Shown piece after piece: positions 30,039-40,378 of a stretch of DNA of 64,000 nucleotides (position 1 is its first letter; the number at the start of each line of letters is the position of its first letter). This stretch comes from an uncultured Parachlamydiaceae bacterium. Lineage in GTDB: Bacteria > Chlamydiota > Chlamydiia > Chlamydiales > Parachlamydiaceae. Location: assembly GCA_963742415.1 (NCBI GenBank), contig CAVULX010000004.1, forward strand, positions 512,001-576,000. Direction: 5' to 3'. The position numbers were made by a program, and so were the translations under genes. The notes below the pieces were generated by a model, which made no database searches, was not told the DNA's origin, and saw nothing but the letters and a program-made list of their open reading frames with translations.

Positions 30039-31822
30039 GGATCAATTCCTTCCTTTGTACCGTTTTTCTTAGATTCAATATAAAATTTATTTTTTAGAAA
30101 AGGTTTTGGATCATCCGAGATCTGATTTAACCAGAGGTCTGCATCTTGGTCTTCTTGAGATCTCTGATCTTTTGCCTCGCCTTGCACTTGTTTGGATTCT
30201 TCTGCTTGGTTGATCTGTTCCTGTTCTTCTGGTTGAGAATGATCTTGATTGTTTTCTTTTTGCTGATCCCCTTTTTCTTGATGGGAGTCTTTCTTTTCTT
30301 GTGTTTGAGAATTATCTTCAGGAGCACCTGAATGTTCGTCAGATCCATCCTTTTGCTGTTGATCGGTGTCTTTATTTTGATCTTTCTCATCAGAATTGTC
30401 TGAGTTTGAATGATCTTGTTGCTGCTGCTCCAACATTTTTTTCACGAGTTCAAGATTCTCTTTGGCTTTTATGTGATCAGGCCATCTTTTAAGTACCTCT
30501 TCGTAAGCAGTTATAGCTTCTTTCAATTTTTGCTGTTGCACAAGAGCATTTCCTAAGTTATAGGCTGCATTGCAAGATACATCTTCACGAGAGGATTGAC
30601 GAAACATTTTTTCAGCCTCGGCAAAAGCGCCTGCTCGATAGCAAGCCACCCCTTTTCTATAGGGGTCTTGAAAGGAATTAATGGCGGTTTCATAGTCTCC
30701 GTCATCCATAGCCTGTTTTCCGAGCTCCTCGCTATTTTTGAAATAGTGTTGGATCGGATTTGCACGAAGTTCAAAAGCTGGACTGAAGAGAAAAGGGAGT
30801 AAGATCATCGCAAAGATATGACCCCGTCTAAACCACCAGAGCAGGATAGGCAATATGGGAAGAATCAAAAAGTAAAATCCCTCGTCCCAAAATTGTTTTT
30901 TTTTGCCTACAGTTTCATGGGCTTCGGCTCTTTTTTCAAGCTCCTGTAAAATTAGGTCTTCAGCTTGGTCGGAATAAAGGGCTTCAAGATAGAGTCCATG
31001 GCCCATCTGAGTGAGTTCTAGGAGTCTTTCTTTTTCAAGCTTTGAAAGGATGGGGGTGTTGTTTCTTTTGATGATATTGCCTTGACGGTCTCGCAGGGGA
31101 GTCCCTTCGGGGGTGCCGACGCCCATGGCATGGATGACAATATCATTTTCAGCCATTTTTTTGGCTTTTATGAAAGCAGCGGCATCTTCAAAACCCCCAT
31201 CGCTTATCACTAAAATAGACTTGTTGTTGCTCGGTTCAACTTTCAATAGGGTATCCGCCATATCGAGAGCCGGAGACAACCGGCTTCCTTGCACATAAGC
31301 CAAATCGGTCTCCAGAGAGGGAAGGAGATGGCGAACCGTCTCTTTATCATCTGTTAGGGGAGTGATCATGTGGGGATCTGCAGCAAAGGCGATGAGGCCG
31401 ATTTTAACCCCTTTCGAATGAGCGATTAGATCTTCGATTTTTTGCTTCGCTCGAACTAGGCGGGAAGGTTTGGTGTCTGTTCCGTTCATCGACTCGGACA
31501 GATCGAGGAGGATGACAAGACTTTGATCCCGTGAAAAAGTTTCAATTTCTCGAAAATTCCATCTTGGCCCTGTCAGAGCTAAGATGAGGCAAAACCAGGC
31601 TAATGACCACAAAAGCAGAGGGATCCAGCGGGAACTTTTTTTATTTGTACGGTCTATCCATAAGTAGGGGAGGAGGTGTTTATCTATAAATTTTTCGAGC
31701 TGTTGGATAGGGGAGTAGACAGGACGAAAAATAAAAAAGAGGATCCATCCTAAGGGGATGACAATGGCTCCCCATAGCCATAAAGGGTGTGCAAAATGGA
31801 GTTGGCTAAGATTCACTGGCAA
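30032..31822 (-). CDS. VWA plus TPR protein (BatB/BatC-like)
   Basis: DLSESM MIDAS, PLTDD, ISDG, TPR AAYNLGNAL, Q/D/E-rich tail ending in WL..I.DDP. Confidence 0.88.
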   Translation of the reverse strand: MPVNLSQLHFAHPLWLWGAIVIPLGWILFFIFRPVYSPIQQLEKFIDKHLLPYLWIDRTNKKSSRWIPLLLWSLAWFCLILALTGPRWNFREIETFSRDQSLVILLDLSESMNGTDTKPSRLVRAKQKIEDLIAHSKGVKIGLIAFAADPHMITPLTDDKETVRHLLPSLETDLAYVQGSRLSPALDMADTLLKVEPSNNKSILVISDGGFEDAAAFIKAKKMAENDIVIHAMGVGTPEGTPLRDRQGNIIKRNNTPILSKLEKERLLELTQMGHGLYLEALYSDQAEDLILQELEKRAEAHETVGKKKQFWDEGFYFLILPILPILLWWFRRGHIFAMILLPFLFSPAFELRANPIQHYFKNSEELGKQAMDDGDYETAINSFQDPYRKGVACYRAGAFAEAEKMFRQSSREDVSCNAAYNLGNALVQQQKLKEAITAYEEVLKRWPDHIKAKENLELVKKMLEQQQQDHSNSDNSDEKDQNKDTDQQQKDGSDEHSGAPEDNSQTQEKKDSHQEKGDQQKENNQDHSQPEEQEQINQAEESKQVQGEAKDQRSQEDQDADLWLNQISDDPKPFLKNKFYIESKKNGTKEGIDPW

Positions 31823-32834
31823 CCTCGCGCTTTTTGAGATTTTTTGAGGATAGAAGCTGATGAGCGGAGAGTAAGAGTAAAAATAAGATCGCCAAGCCTA
31901 AAGGGTAGAAATAGTAGGGTTCTCGAATCAAGAATACGGTTTCATTCGCTTCGGTTTTCTCCAATTCATTTATTTTGCCATAAATCGATTCCAGTGCTTT
32001 TCGATCTGTAGCCCGGAAATATTGCCCTCCTGTTTTGGCGGCGATCTCTTTCAACAGACCTTCATCTATGGATACCTCTGCCATGCCATATCCGCCAAAT
32101 TTCATCGGGAAAGGAACAAGACCATTTTTTCCAACGCCTATGGTGTAAATGCGGATATTGTATTGCTTGGCCAGTTTTGAGGCTTCTAGTGGAGGGAGGC
32201 TACTGGAATTGTCTTCACCATCTGTCAACAAGACAAGGATGCGAGATCCTTCAGGTCGTTCCCGGAGGGTGCGGACACTTAAGCCGATCGCATCCCCGAT
32301 GGCCGTACCATTGCCTGCCATCCCCGAAACCGTGTCATTAAGCATCCGGCTGACAGATGTTGTATCAAGGGTAAGAGGGACATGGAGATAGGCATGTTCA
32401 CCAAAGGTGACGAGCCCTAATCGATCCCCTTGTCGGCTGAGTGCGAATTTGCCAACGACTTCTTTGGTGACATCTAGACGGCTGATTGCTTTTATTTGTG
32501 TTGAAAAATCCATGGCTTGCATTGAGGCTGAAATATCGACGGCAAGCATGATATCGTACCCTTTGTTTTTCACTTGCCTGAATTGGTCCACCTTTTCAGG
32601 CTGCATGAGCGCCAAAGTCAGAAAAAGCCATGTCAAAGCAAGGAGAAGAAAAAATATACGGTTTGAGTGGTTTTCACGATGGAAAGGAGGAAAAGCTTGT
32701 TTTAACCTGTCGAGGGCAGGAAAATAGAGTTGGGGCGACGTTTTATCTGCCTCTTTGTTGAATCTTGGAAGAATCTTGATCAGAATCGGAAGGGGAAGAA
32801 GGAGAGCAAACCACGGCCAATAAAAATGAAACAT
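31806..32834 (-). CDS. batA: VWA domain protein (BatA-like)
   Basis: DISASM, GDRLGLV.FG, TAIGDAIG, LLTDGED and IYTIGVG motifs. Confidence 0.88.
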   Translation of the reverse strand: MFHFYWPWFALLLPLPILIKILPRFNKEADKTSPQLYFPALDRLKQAFPPFHRENHSNRIFFLLLALTWLFLTLALMQPEKVDQFRQVKNKGYDIMLAVDISASMQAMDFSTQIKAISRLDVTKEVVGKFALSRQGDRLGLVTFGEHAYLHVPLTLDTTSVSRMLNDTVSGMAGNGTAIGDAIGLSVRTLRERPEGSRILVLLTDGEDNSSSLPPLEASKLAKQYNIRIYTIGVGKNGLVPFPMKFGGYGMAEVSIDEGLLKEIAAKTGGQYFRATDRKALESIYGKINELEKTEANETVFLIREPYYFYPLGLAILFLLLLSAHQLLSSKNLKKREVASES

Positions 32835-33305
32835 TTATCTCACCCAGGTTTTTGTGGCTTGTATGAGTTCTTTAATCTGGGCAAGCGAGGGAGGATTGGG
32901 CGTTGGCGCATAAGGTAATTCGGTTAGAAGATCTCCCTTGTTTTCCCAATCAAAGTGTTTAGGATCATGCTTGGAGAGCCATTTTAGCCAGGCGTCGCCG
33001 ACTAAGCCTGCACACTCTTTTCTGGAAAAACGTTGGAGGGCGATGCGGCGCAAATATTCGGATAGGATGGTGAGGGTTTCCAGAGCGGTTGCCTCGGACA
33101 AATTTTTTTCTAGGACTGTCAATTTCAGTAAAGCGTCATTTTTCCAGCTACGCTTAAAGGCAACGCGGTAAGCGATAAAAAATCCAACTGAACATCCAAT
33201 CAAAATTCCCGCCCCAATAATGACCCACCATCCAATAGCTAGAGGCCACCAACTAATGGAATCTAATCCTTCGATATCATGCAGTTGCTCCAAAAGAGGG
33301 TTCAT
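32835..33305 (-). CDS. DUF4381 family protein
   Basis: LHDI...ISWWPLAIGWW and L.G.AWL.WL motifs; operon position. Confidence 0.85.
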   Translation of the reverse strand: MNPLLEQLHDIEGLDSISWWPLAIGWWVIIGAGILIGCSVGFFIAYRVAFKRSWKNDALLKLTVLEKNLSEATALETLTILSEYLRRIALQRFSRKECAGLVGDAWLKWLSKHDPKHFDWENKGDLLTELPYAPTPNPPSLAQIKELIQATKTWVR

Positions 33306-34222
33306 CGTTTTTTCCTTTTGGTTATCTTTTTTAACTGAAAGCTAAGATCTCGATAGAGATCCGATTCGGTAGATAATTCTATCAAAGGAATTTTTAATTT
33401 GGCTGCGGCCTCATACAAGTGTTGCCGATTGCTTCTCCATTGAGCCTCATAGGCTTCTCTCCCATTGTCGCTGGCTGTGTTGACATAGAATTTTTCCTGT
33501 TTGCTTGCACAAAAGGCAATTGTTCCAATGGGAAAAATAGATTTGTCGGCGGGATCATTGATGGAAATAAAGACGACATCGCACCGTTTGATAAGTTGCC
33601 TTAGGCCAGCCTGATTTTGGAAGTTTTGTTGGATGTTCATAAAATCGCTTATGATATAAATGAGCGATCCGGTCTGCGCCGCTTGGTTGATCTGTGTCAA
33701 AATGTCGCTAAATAAGATGGAATGCTGCTCAGCAAAAGGCTCGGTGAGCCTCTTTAGCAGGGTACAAAAGGATTTTGGGGTCCTTTTGGGGGCGAAATAT
33801 TGCATTCCATTAGGGACATCGCCAAAAAGGCATCCGCTGATCCGGTCATGGTGGGCGAGCCCTCGCCATCCTAGAATGGCTGCAACGCGTGCAGCTTGCA
33901 CCGATTTGAAAGTGTTTCGCGTGCCGAAACGCATCGTGCTGTTCATATCGATGCAAAGCAACACATGTCGCTCTCGTTCTTGTTTAAAAAGTTTTAAGTG
34001 AGGCGATCCCGTCCTCGCAGTGACCCTCCAATCAATATTTCGGATATCGTCCCCCGGAACATATTCCCTGACAGCATCAAATTCGAGCCCTTGACCTCGA
34101 AAAGGGGAGTGGTGATCGCCTTGAACAATCGATGTTCCTGTCCGGTAAGAGGGGAGTGCAGGCTCTGATTTCCGATTTTTAAATGCAATTAAATCATTTA
34201 ATTCAGGGTAGAGCATAAGCAC
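33302..34222 (-). CDS. DUF58 family protein
   Basis: GQGLEFDAVREYVPGDDIRNIDWRVTAR and ISDF motifs. Confidence 0.92.
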   Translation of the reverse strand: MLMLYPELNDLIAFKNRKSEPALPSYRTGTSIVQGDHHSPFRGQGLEFDAVREYVPGDDIRNIDWRVTARTGSPHLKLFKQERERHVLLCIDMNSTMRFGTRNTFKSVQAARVAAILGWRGLAHHDRISGCLFGDVPNGMQYFAPKRTPKSFCTLLKRLTEPFAEQHSILFSDILTQINQAAQTGSLIYIISDFMNIQQNFQNQAGLRQLIKRCDVVFISINDPADKSIFPIGTIAFCASKQEKFYVNTASDNGREAYEAQWRSNRQHLYEAAAKLKIPLIELSTESDLYRDLSFQLKKITKRKKR

Positions 34223-34224
34223 CT

Positions 34225-35226
34225 TTAAGGGATAGCGACGACTTCCAGTATTTTTTTTACGATATCATGGCGTGAAACTCCTTCGGCGTCGGATTCAAAG
34301 GAGGGGATAATACGGTGCCTTAAGATGGGGGGCGCCACGCTATGGATGTGTGTCGGAGTCACATATTCCTCTCCTCTAAGCCAGGCGAGCGCCTTTGCGC
34401 ACCGGATCATCGCGATAGTAGCGCGAGGGGAAGCCCCATGTTCGATCCACTGGGCAAGTTCTTGATCGTATTTTTCGGGAGTTCGCGTGGCCGTGGTTAT
34501 CGAGACCACATATTTTTTCAGGTTATCGGAAATATACATTTGGGAGACCGCTTTCCGGGCATTTAAAACTTCCTCTCTTGTCGTGATAGGGGGAATGGAG
34601 GGATGGGTGTTGCGCTGCCTTTTTTCATCTAATTCAGCGATTAAGAGTTCTTCTTGCTGGTTTGGATAGCCCACTTCAAGATGCATCATAAACCTATCGA
34701 GTTGAGCTTCTGGAAGGTTATAAGTTCCCTCTTGTTCTATAGGGTTTTGTGTAGCGATCACCATGTACAATTCAGGGAGGGGGTAGCTCTTATGACCCAC
34801 CGTGATTTGTTTCTCCTCCATCGCTTCGAGGAGGGCTGATTGCACTTTGGCGGGTGCTCGATTGATCTCATCTGCAAGTAAGATGTTGTTGAAGAGGGGT
34901 CCATTCCGGAAAATAAAATCACTTTTTTCATGGATATAGATTTCTGTTCCGATGAGATCGGAGGGCAGGAGATCGGGGGTAAACTGAATCCGATGAAAGT
35001 CTCCATCGATCCCATCGGCGATCGCCTTGGCAGAACGGGTCTTAGCAAGGCCTGGCATCCCTTCAATGAGGATATGCCCATCGGCCAGAAGGCAAACAAG
35101 CATGTGTTCAATCAACTGCTGCTGGCCGATGATTTTACTTTGGATCGATTTTAGTAGATTCGATAATTGATGCTGCTGTGTTTTGATATTTTCTTTAGGT
35201 TTTGTTTGTGTTTGAGCTACATCCAT
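34225..35226 (-). CDS. moxR: MoxR family AAA+ ATPase
   Basis: EGMPGLAKT, RIQFTPDLLPSD, DEINRAPAKVQSALLEAM and ATQNPIEQEGTY motifs. Confidence 0.95.
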   Translation of the reverse strand: MDVAQTQTKPKENIKTQQHQLSNLLKSIQSKIIGQQQLIEHMLVCLLADGHILIEGMPGLAKTRSAKAIADGIDGDFHRIQFTPDLLPSDLIGTEIYIHEKSDFIFRNGPLFNNILLADEINRAPAKVQSALLEAMEEKQITVGHKSYPLPELYMVIATQNPIEQEGTYNLPEAQLDRFMMHLEVGYPNQQEELLIAELDEKRQRNTHPSIPPITTREEVLNARKAVSQMYISDNLKKYVVSITTATRTPEKYDQELAQWIEHGASPRATIAMIRCAKALAWLRGEEYVTPTHIHSVAPPILRHRIIPSFESDAEGVSRHDIVKKILEVVAIP

Positions 35227-35562
35227 ACGTTACCTCTTAAACATAAAATCTCACGAGGCATTTTACAAATGATCACTTAAAGATGCAAGTAGGGAGTTGC
35301 AGTATTAGACTTCTTTCGAAATTCCATTTGATTATTAAAATGGCTCTTTTTAGCATCTTTTTCGTAAAATTTTTCGACCATATGCACCCATATGCTCTCA
35401 AAATTTTTCAAAAAATCTGCTCAAAAATAGCTCATTTTTCTAATCAAAGCGAATTTCGAAAGAAGTCTATTATTTTTTTCGATAAAATTCACCTTGACTT
35501 GCGGTTAAAAAAATTTATGTTATAATAAAAAATTTATTTTATAAATTCAGGAAGGGTTCCGC

Positions 35563-36474
35563 ATGCCAAAACGACCTGTGTTCTTCATGCTTATATTCAC
35601 AGGTTTAATCTTATTCTTTTTCTTAATCATGCAACCTTTGCAGATTTTGAAATTCCGAAGTTTTATCGCCATCTTGTTCCCTAAAGGAATTATTGCCCTG
35701 GAACAGCGCAATCTTCTTCTTATCATTCAAGCTTTAATGCTCATCATTATTATCCCCGTCTATGTCCTTACGTTTGTTTTTTCCTGGAAATACAGCGCGG
35801 GCAATCCAAAGGGGAAATATGATCCTGATTTAGTAGATAATGTAGTTGCAGAATACTTTTGGTGGGGGATCCCCTGCATTTTAACATTAATTATCGGGGT
35901 TTTAACCTGGATCAAAACCTATCAATTGGATCCTTATAAACCTCTCGAATCCAATAAAAAGGAAATGACCATCCAAGTTGTAGCCCTGCAGTGGAAATGG
36001 CTATTTATTTACCCCGAAGAAAAAATAGCCAGTTTGAATTTTTTACAGTTTCCTAAACAAACTCCGATCCATTTTGAAATTACTGCGGATGCTCCAATGA
36101 ATTCGTTTTGGATTCCTCATCTAGGGGGGCAAATTTATGCCATGCCAAAAATGAAGACCGAGCTCCATCTGATTGCGGATGAGGCAGGGGACTTTAGGGG
36201 CTCATCCGCCAATTTAAGTGGAGAAGGTTTTGCCGGTATGCATTTTATCACACGAGCCTCTTCGGAAGAGGATTATCATAAATGGGTAGAAAAGGCAAAA
36301 AAAGCGAAGGTGCTTAAGTGGGAAGATTACGAGAAAATGGCTGAGCCAAGCAGTGATAATCCCGAGGAGCTTTATCGGCTGAAAGATGAAAAACTCTTCG
36401 ATCAGATTCTGATGAAATATATGAACCACCCCTACCTTCTAAGAGTAAAGGATAAACGATGTTTGGAAGATTAA
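35563..36474 (+). CDS. cyoA: Cytochrome bo3 ubiquinol oxidase subunit II
   Basis: LDPYKPL, VVALQWKWLFIYPE, MNSFWIP.LGGQIYAM and SAN.SGEGF.GM motifs. Confidence 0.93.
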   Translation: MPKRPVFFMLIFTGLILFFFLIMQPLQILKFRSFIAILFPKGIIALEQRNLLLIIQALMLIIIIPVYVLTFVFSWKYSAGNPKGKYDPDLVDNVVAEYFWWGIPCILTLIIGVLTWIKTYQLDPYKPLESNKKEMTIQVVALQWKWLFIYPEEKIASLNFLQFPKQTPIHFEITADAPMNSFWIPHLGGQIYAMPKMKTELHLIADEAGDFRGSSANLSGEGFAGMHFITRASSEEDYHKWVEKAKKAKVLKWEDYEKMAEPSSDNPEELYRLKDEKLFDQILMKYMNHPYLLRVKDKRCLED

Positions 36475-38433
36475 CGTTAGATGCCTTTCATCACGAATGG
36501 AGTCAAAACATTGCTGTCCTCAACATGTTCTTCGGAGGGATCGCCCTCATCGCGCTTATTACCTATCTTAAACGTTGGAAGTGGCTATGGAATGAATGGA
36601 TCACCTCTGTGGATCCCAAAAGAATCGGCATTATGTACATCGTTGTTACCCTTATCATGTTCTTCAAAGGATTTGCCGATGCGGTGATGATGCGTCTCCA
36701 ACAAGCTCTTTCCGTCGGGGATTCTCATGGCTTTATTTCATCCGGCCACTTTCAAGAAATCTTTTCCGCCCATGGAACAACCATGATTTTTTTCGTCGGC
36801 ATGGGAGTCGTCTTCGGTTTGATGAATCTGATTATCCCTTTGCAAATTGGGGCTAGAGATGTCGCCTATCCCTTTTTAAATGCACTGGGTTTTTGGCTGT
36901 TTACCGCAGCGGGGTTTTTAACTTTGATATCACTGGCTATTGGAAAATTTTCCACTGCAGGATGGCTCGCTTATCCTCCTCTTTCAGGGATTGAATATAG
37001 CCCCAATGAAGGGGTCGATTATTGGATCTGGGTCGTCCAGATTGCGGGGGTGGGAAGTACCATCTCAGGAATCAATTTTTTGGTTACGATTCTGAAAATG
37101 CGCTGTCCCGGCATGACCTTGATGAAGATGCCCATCTTTGTTTGGAGCAGCCTGTGCGCGATGATTCTTGTGATTTTTGCTTTCCCGATTCTGACAGCTA
37201 CCCTCTACATGCTCACTTTAGATCGCTATCTGGGCATGCATTTTTTCACCGCGGAGGCGGGGGGAATCCGATGATGTATGTCAATCTGATCTGGGCTTGG
37301 GGACATCCTGAGGTTTATATTTTGATTTTGCCGATTTTTGGGATTTTTTCAGAAGTCGTTCCCACATTCTCCGAAAAACGATTATTCGGATACGTCTCCA
37401 TGGTTTGGGCACTTGTGATGATCACCGTTTTGTCCTTTCTTGTATGGCTTCACCATTTTTTTACCATGGGCGCAAGTCCAGGAGTGAATGCCTTTTTCGG
37501 CATCACGACCATGTTGATTGCAATTCCTACGGGAGTCAAAATATTTAACTGGCTATTTACAAAATTCCGGGGACGGGTCCACTTCACTTCGCCGATGTTG
37601 TGGTTTTTTGCTTTTGTCCTCAATTTTAGCGTGGGCGGGATGACAGGGGTTTTGCTTTCTTCACCTCCAGTCGACTATCAAGTGCACAATAGCTTGTTTT
37701 TGATCGCCCATTTCCATGGAATGGTCATTGGGGGAATGCTCTTTGGCTTTTTTGCCGGTTTTACCTATTGGTTTCCGAAATTCACAGGATTTTTCTTGGA
37801 TGAAAAATTGAACCGATATGCCTTTTGGTGTTGGTTTGGGGGATTCTTGCTTGCATTTATGCCTTTATACATGCTTGGCTTTATGGGAGCTACAAGACGT
37901 TTAGATCATTATGAGGCATCTACCGGATGGCATCCTCTATTTGTAACTGTGGGAATTGGCGCATTTCTTATTTTTATTGGAGCCAGCATTCAGTTTTTTG
38001 GTTTATTCTGGAGCATTTTCAAGAGAAAGGAGAATTGGGACCACACAGGAGGAGATCCTTGGAATGGCAGAACATTGGAATGGTCTATTCCTTCACCTCC
38101 TCCCATCTATAATTTTGCCGTTATTCCTACGGTGGATCAGCTAGATCCTTTATGGGCTATAAAAGAGGGGAGGCGCCGCCTCCTGAAGAAAATTACGAAG
38201 ATATCCATCTTCCAAAAAATACTCCTATGGGCTTTTTTATTGGCATCTTCACCTTGTTTTTTGGCTTTGCCATGACTTGGTATATCATCTGGCTGGCAAT
38301 CAGCAGTTTTGCCGCAATTGTCCTTTGCTTGATCATTCGCCTTTCCGGCAAGGATGAACATGAGATTATCACCGCTGAGGAAGTGAAAAGAATAGAAGCG
38401 GAACATATAAAGAGGTCGAAGGGCTATGAGTAA
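36459..38433 (+). CDS. cyoB: Cytochrome bo3 ubiquinol oxidase subunit I, two -1 frameshifts (~37262 and ~38165)
   Basis: Three pieces carry [38 protein letters not shown] and DIHLPKNT in order. Confidence 0.92.
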
Positions 38434-39061
38434 GTCATTGACAATTCATCATCATGAAACCCTTGAGAAGCATCCCGACACGCATGCTCCAGATCCACAC
38501 CAAGATACATTTTCGAAAACTGTCTTAGGCTTTTGGATGTATCTGATGACAGACTGCATCTTGTTTGCCACTTTATTTATTACCTATGCTGTGTTGCGTC
38601 ATGAAACTTTTGGAGGGCCCTCATCGCAGGAGCTTTTTAGCCTTTCGACCTCTTTTATCGAAACAATGATCTTGTTGTTCAGCAGCGTCACTTGCGGTTT
38701 GGGGATGTTGTCAGCGGTGCGAAATAAAAAGATTCAAGTGATTGCATGGTTGCTTGTTTCCTTTTTATTGGGGGCTTCCTTTATAGCCATGGAGGTGACA
38801 GAGTTTACCCATTTGGTTCAAGAAGGAAATAGTTGGACAAGAAGCGCTTTTTTATCTTCCTTCTTTGCACTTGTAGGTACGCATGGACTTCACGTCTCGG
38901 TAGGATTGTTATGGATGATTGTCATGATGGTGCAGGTATTTTTACTTGGGGTGACAGTCATTACCTTTCGCAGGCTTGTCGTTTTTAGTTTGTTTTGGCA
39001 TTTCTTAGATTTGGTATGGATTTTCATCTTTACTTTTGTCTACTTGATGGGAGTCATCTAA
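38426..39061 (+). CDS. cyoC: Cytochrome bo3 ubiquinol oxidase subunit III
   Basis: GFWMYLMTDCILF, LVGTHGLHV and FWHFLDLVWI motifs. Confidence 0.95.
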   Translation: MSKSLTIHHHETLEKHPDTHAPDPHQDTFSKTVLGFWMYLMTDCILFATLFITYAVLRHETFGGPSSQELFSLSTSFIETMILLFSSVTCGLGMLSAVRNKKIQVIAWLLVSFLLGASFIAMEVTEFTHLVQEGNSWTRSAFLSSFFALVGTHGLHVSVGLLWMIVMMVQVFLLGVTVITFRRLVVFSLFWHFLDLVWIFIFTFVYLMGVI

Positions 39062-39062
39062 A

Positions 39063-39426
39063 ATGCATTCAGAACTTAGTTTAAATGAGATCAAAAAAGA
39101 ATGGCATGGGACGTTACAAAGCTTATGTCATTGGCTTTATAGCTTCTATTGTATTGACAATTTGTTCTTTTTCTCTCGTCATCTTACGACCCTTCTCGGA
39201 ACAAATCTTAATTTATACCGTTGTCGGTCTGGCTCTTGTACAGGCTGTCGTTCAACTCCTATTTTTTCTCCACGTAGGACAGGAAGCCAAACCCCGTTGG
39301 GAAACTCTTGTATTCTTTTTTATGGCGTTCATTTTATTGATTATTGCTATTGGGACTCTATGGATTATGTATGATTTAAACAATCGCACAATGTCAAATA
39401 TGGCAAAGGAAATGATTCATGATTAA
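39063..39426 (+). CDS. cyoD: Cytochrome bo3 ubiquinol oxidase subunit IV, one +1 frameshift near 39115
   Basis: HGT in one frame, then YVIGF.ASIVLT, VQLLFFLH and GTLWIM..LN in the next. Confidence 0.88.
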
Positions 39427-40273
39427 TTACTATTTGTTGACTAAGCCAGGAATTATTTTAGGGAATCTCATTACGGTGGCTGCAGGATTTTTGCTAGCTT
39501 CCAAAGGAGAGATTAATCTTCCGTTATTCTTTGAAACTCTACTAGGAATCGGGTGTATAATAGCATCTGCATGTGTATTCAACAATTATATCGACCGAAA
39601 AACCGATGAAAAAATGGAAAGGACAAAAAATCGAGCTCTGGTGACGGGATTAATTTCTGGAAAGAATGCAATTATTTTTGCCATTTTTCTTGGGATCGTG
39701 GGCAACCTTATTTTGTTTTTATTTACGAATGTCTTGACTGTAGCTGTAGCTACCATGGGCTTTTTTGTCTATGTGGTGCTTTATAGTTTTTGGAAATGCC
39801 ACACCATTTATGGAACAGCTATTGGAAGCATTGCTGGGGCAGTTCCGCCAGTAGTTGGATATTGTGCTGTGAGCCATCGCTTCGACATTGGAGCTTTGAT
39901 TTTATTTATGATGATGGTGTTGTGGCAAATGCCCCATTTTTTTGCGATTGCCATGTATCACTTTGAGGATTATGTAAATGCCGACATTCCTGTATTACCT
40001 GTCAAAAAGGGCAAGCTAAGAACAAAAATTCACATGACCCTTTATATTATTGGTTTTATCTTGGCAGCGGTGATGTTGACAATTTTTAAATATACCGGGT
40101 CTATCTATATGTTTCTGGCTATTGGCTTTGGCCTGGCTTGGCTAGCGCTGTGCTTAAGAGGTTTTGCGAGCGAAAATGACAAGCTTTGGGGGCAGAAGAT
40201 GTTCCGCCTCTCACTTTTAACCATCACCGCCATCTGCTTCGCCATCCCTTTCGATATATATCATTCCGTATAA
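39419..40273 (+). CDS. cyoE: Heme o synthase (protoheme IX farnesyltransferase)
   Basis: LTKPGII, NNYIDR..D.KMERT.NR and WQMPHF motifs. Confidence 0.95.
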   Translation: MINYYLLTKPGIILGNLITVAAGFLLASKGEINLPLFFETLLGIGCIIASACVFNNYIDRKTDEKMERTKNRALVTGLISGKNAIIFAIFLGIVGNLILFLFTNVLTVAVATMGFFVYVVLYSFWKCHTIYGTAIGSIAGAVPPVVGYCAVSHRFDIGALILFMMMVLWQMPHFFAIAMYHFEDYVNADIPVLPVKKGKLRTKIHMTLYIIGFILAAVMLTIFKYTGSIYMFLAIGFGLAWLALCLRGFASENDKLWGQKMFRLSLLTITAICFAIPFDIYHSV

Positions 40274-40378
40274 CCCAATTAAATATAAAAATTATTATAA
40301 TTTATTTTACTTGGTAATAAAGAATGATTTAACTAAAATAAAATAAATAATCATCTTTATCTTTATTGGAATGTCTTA

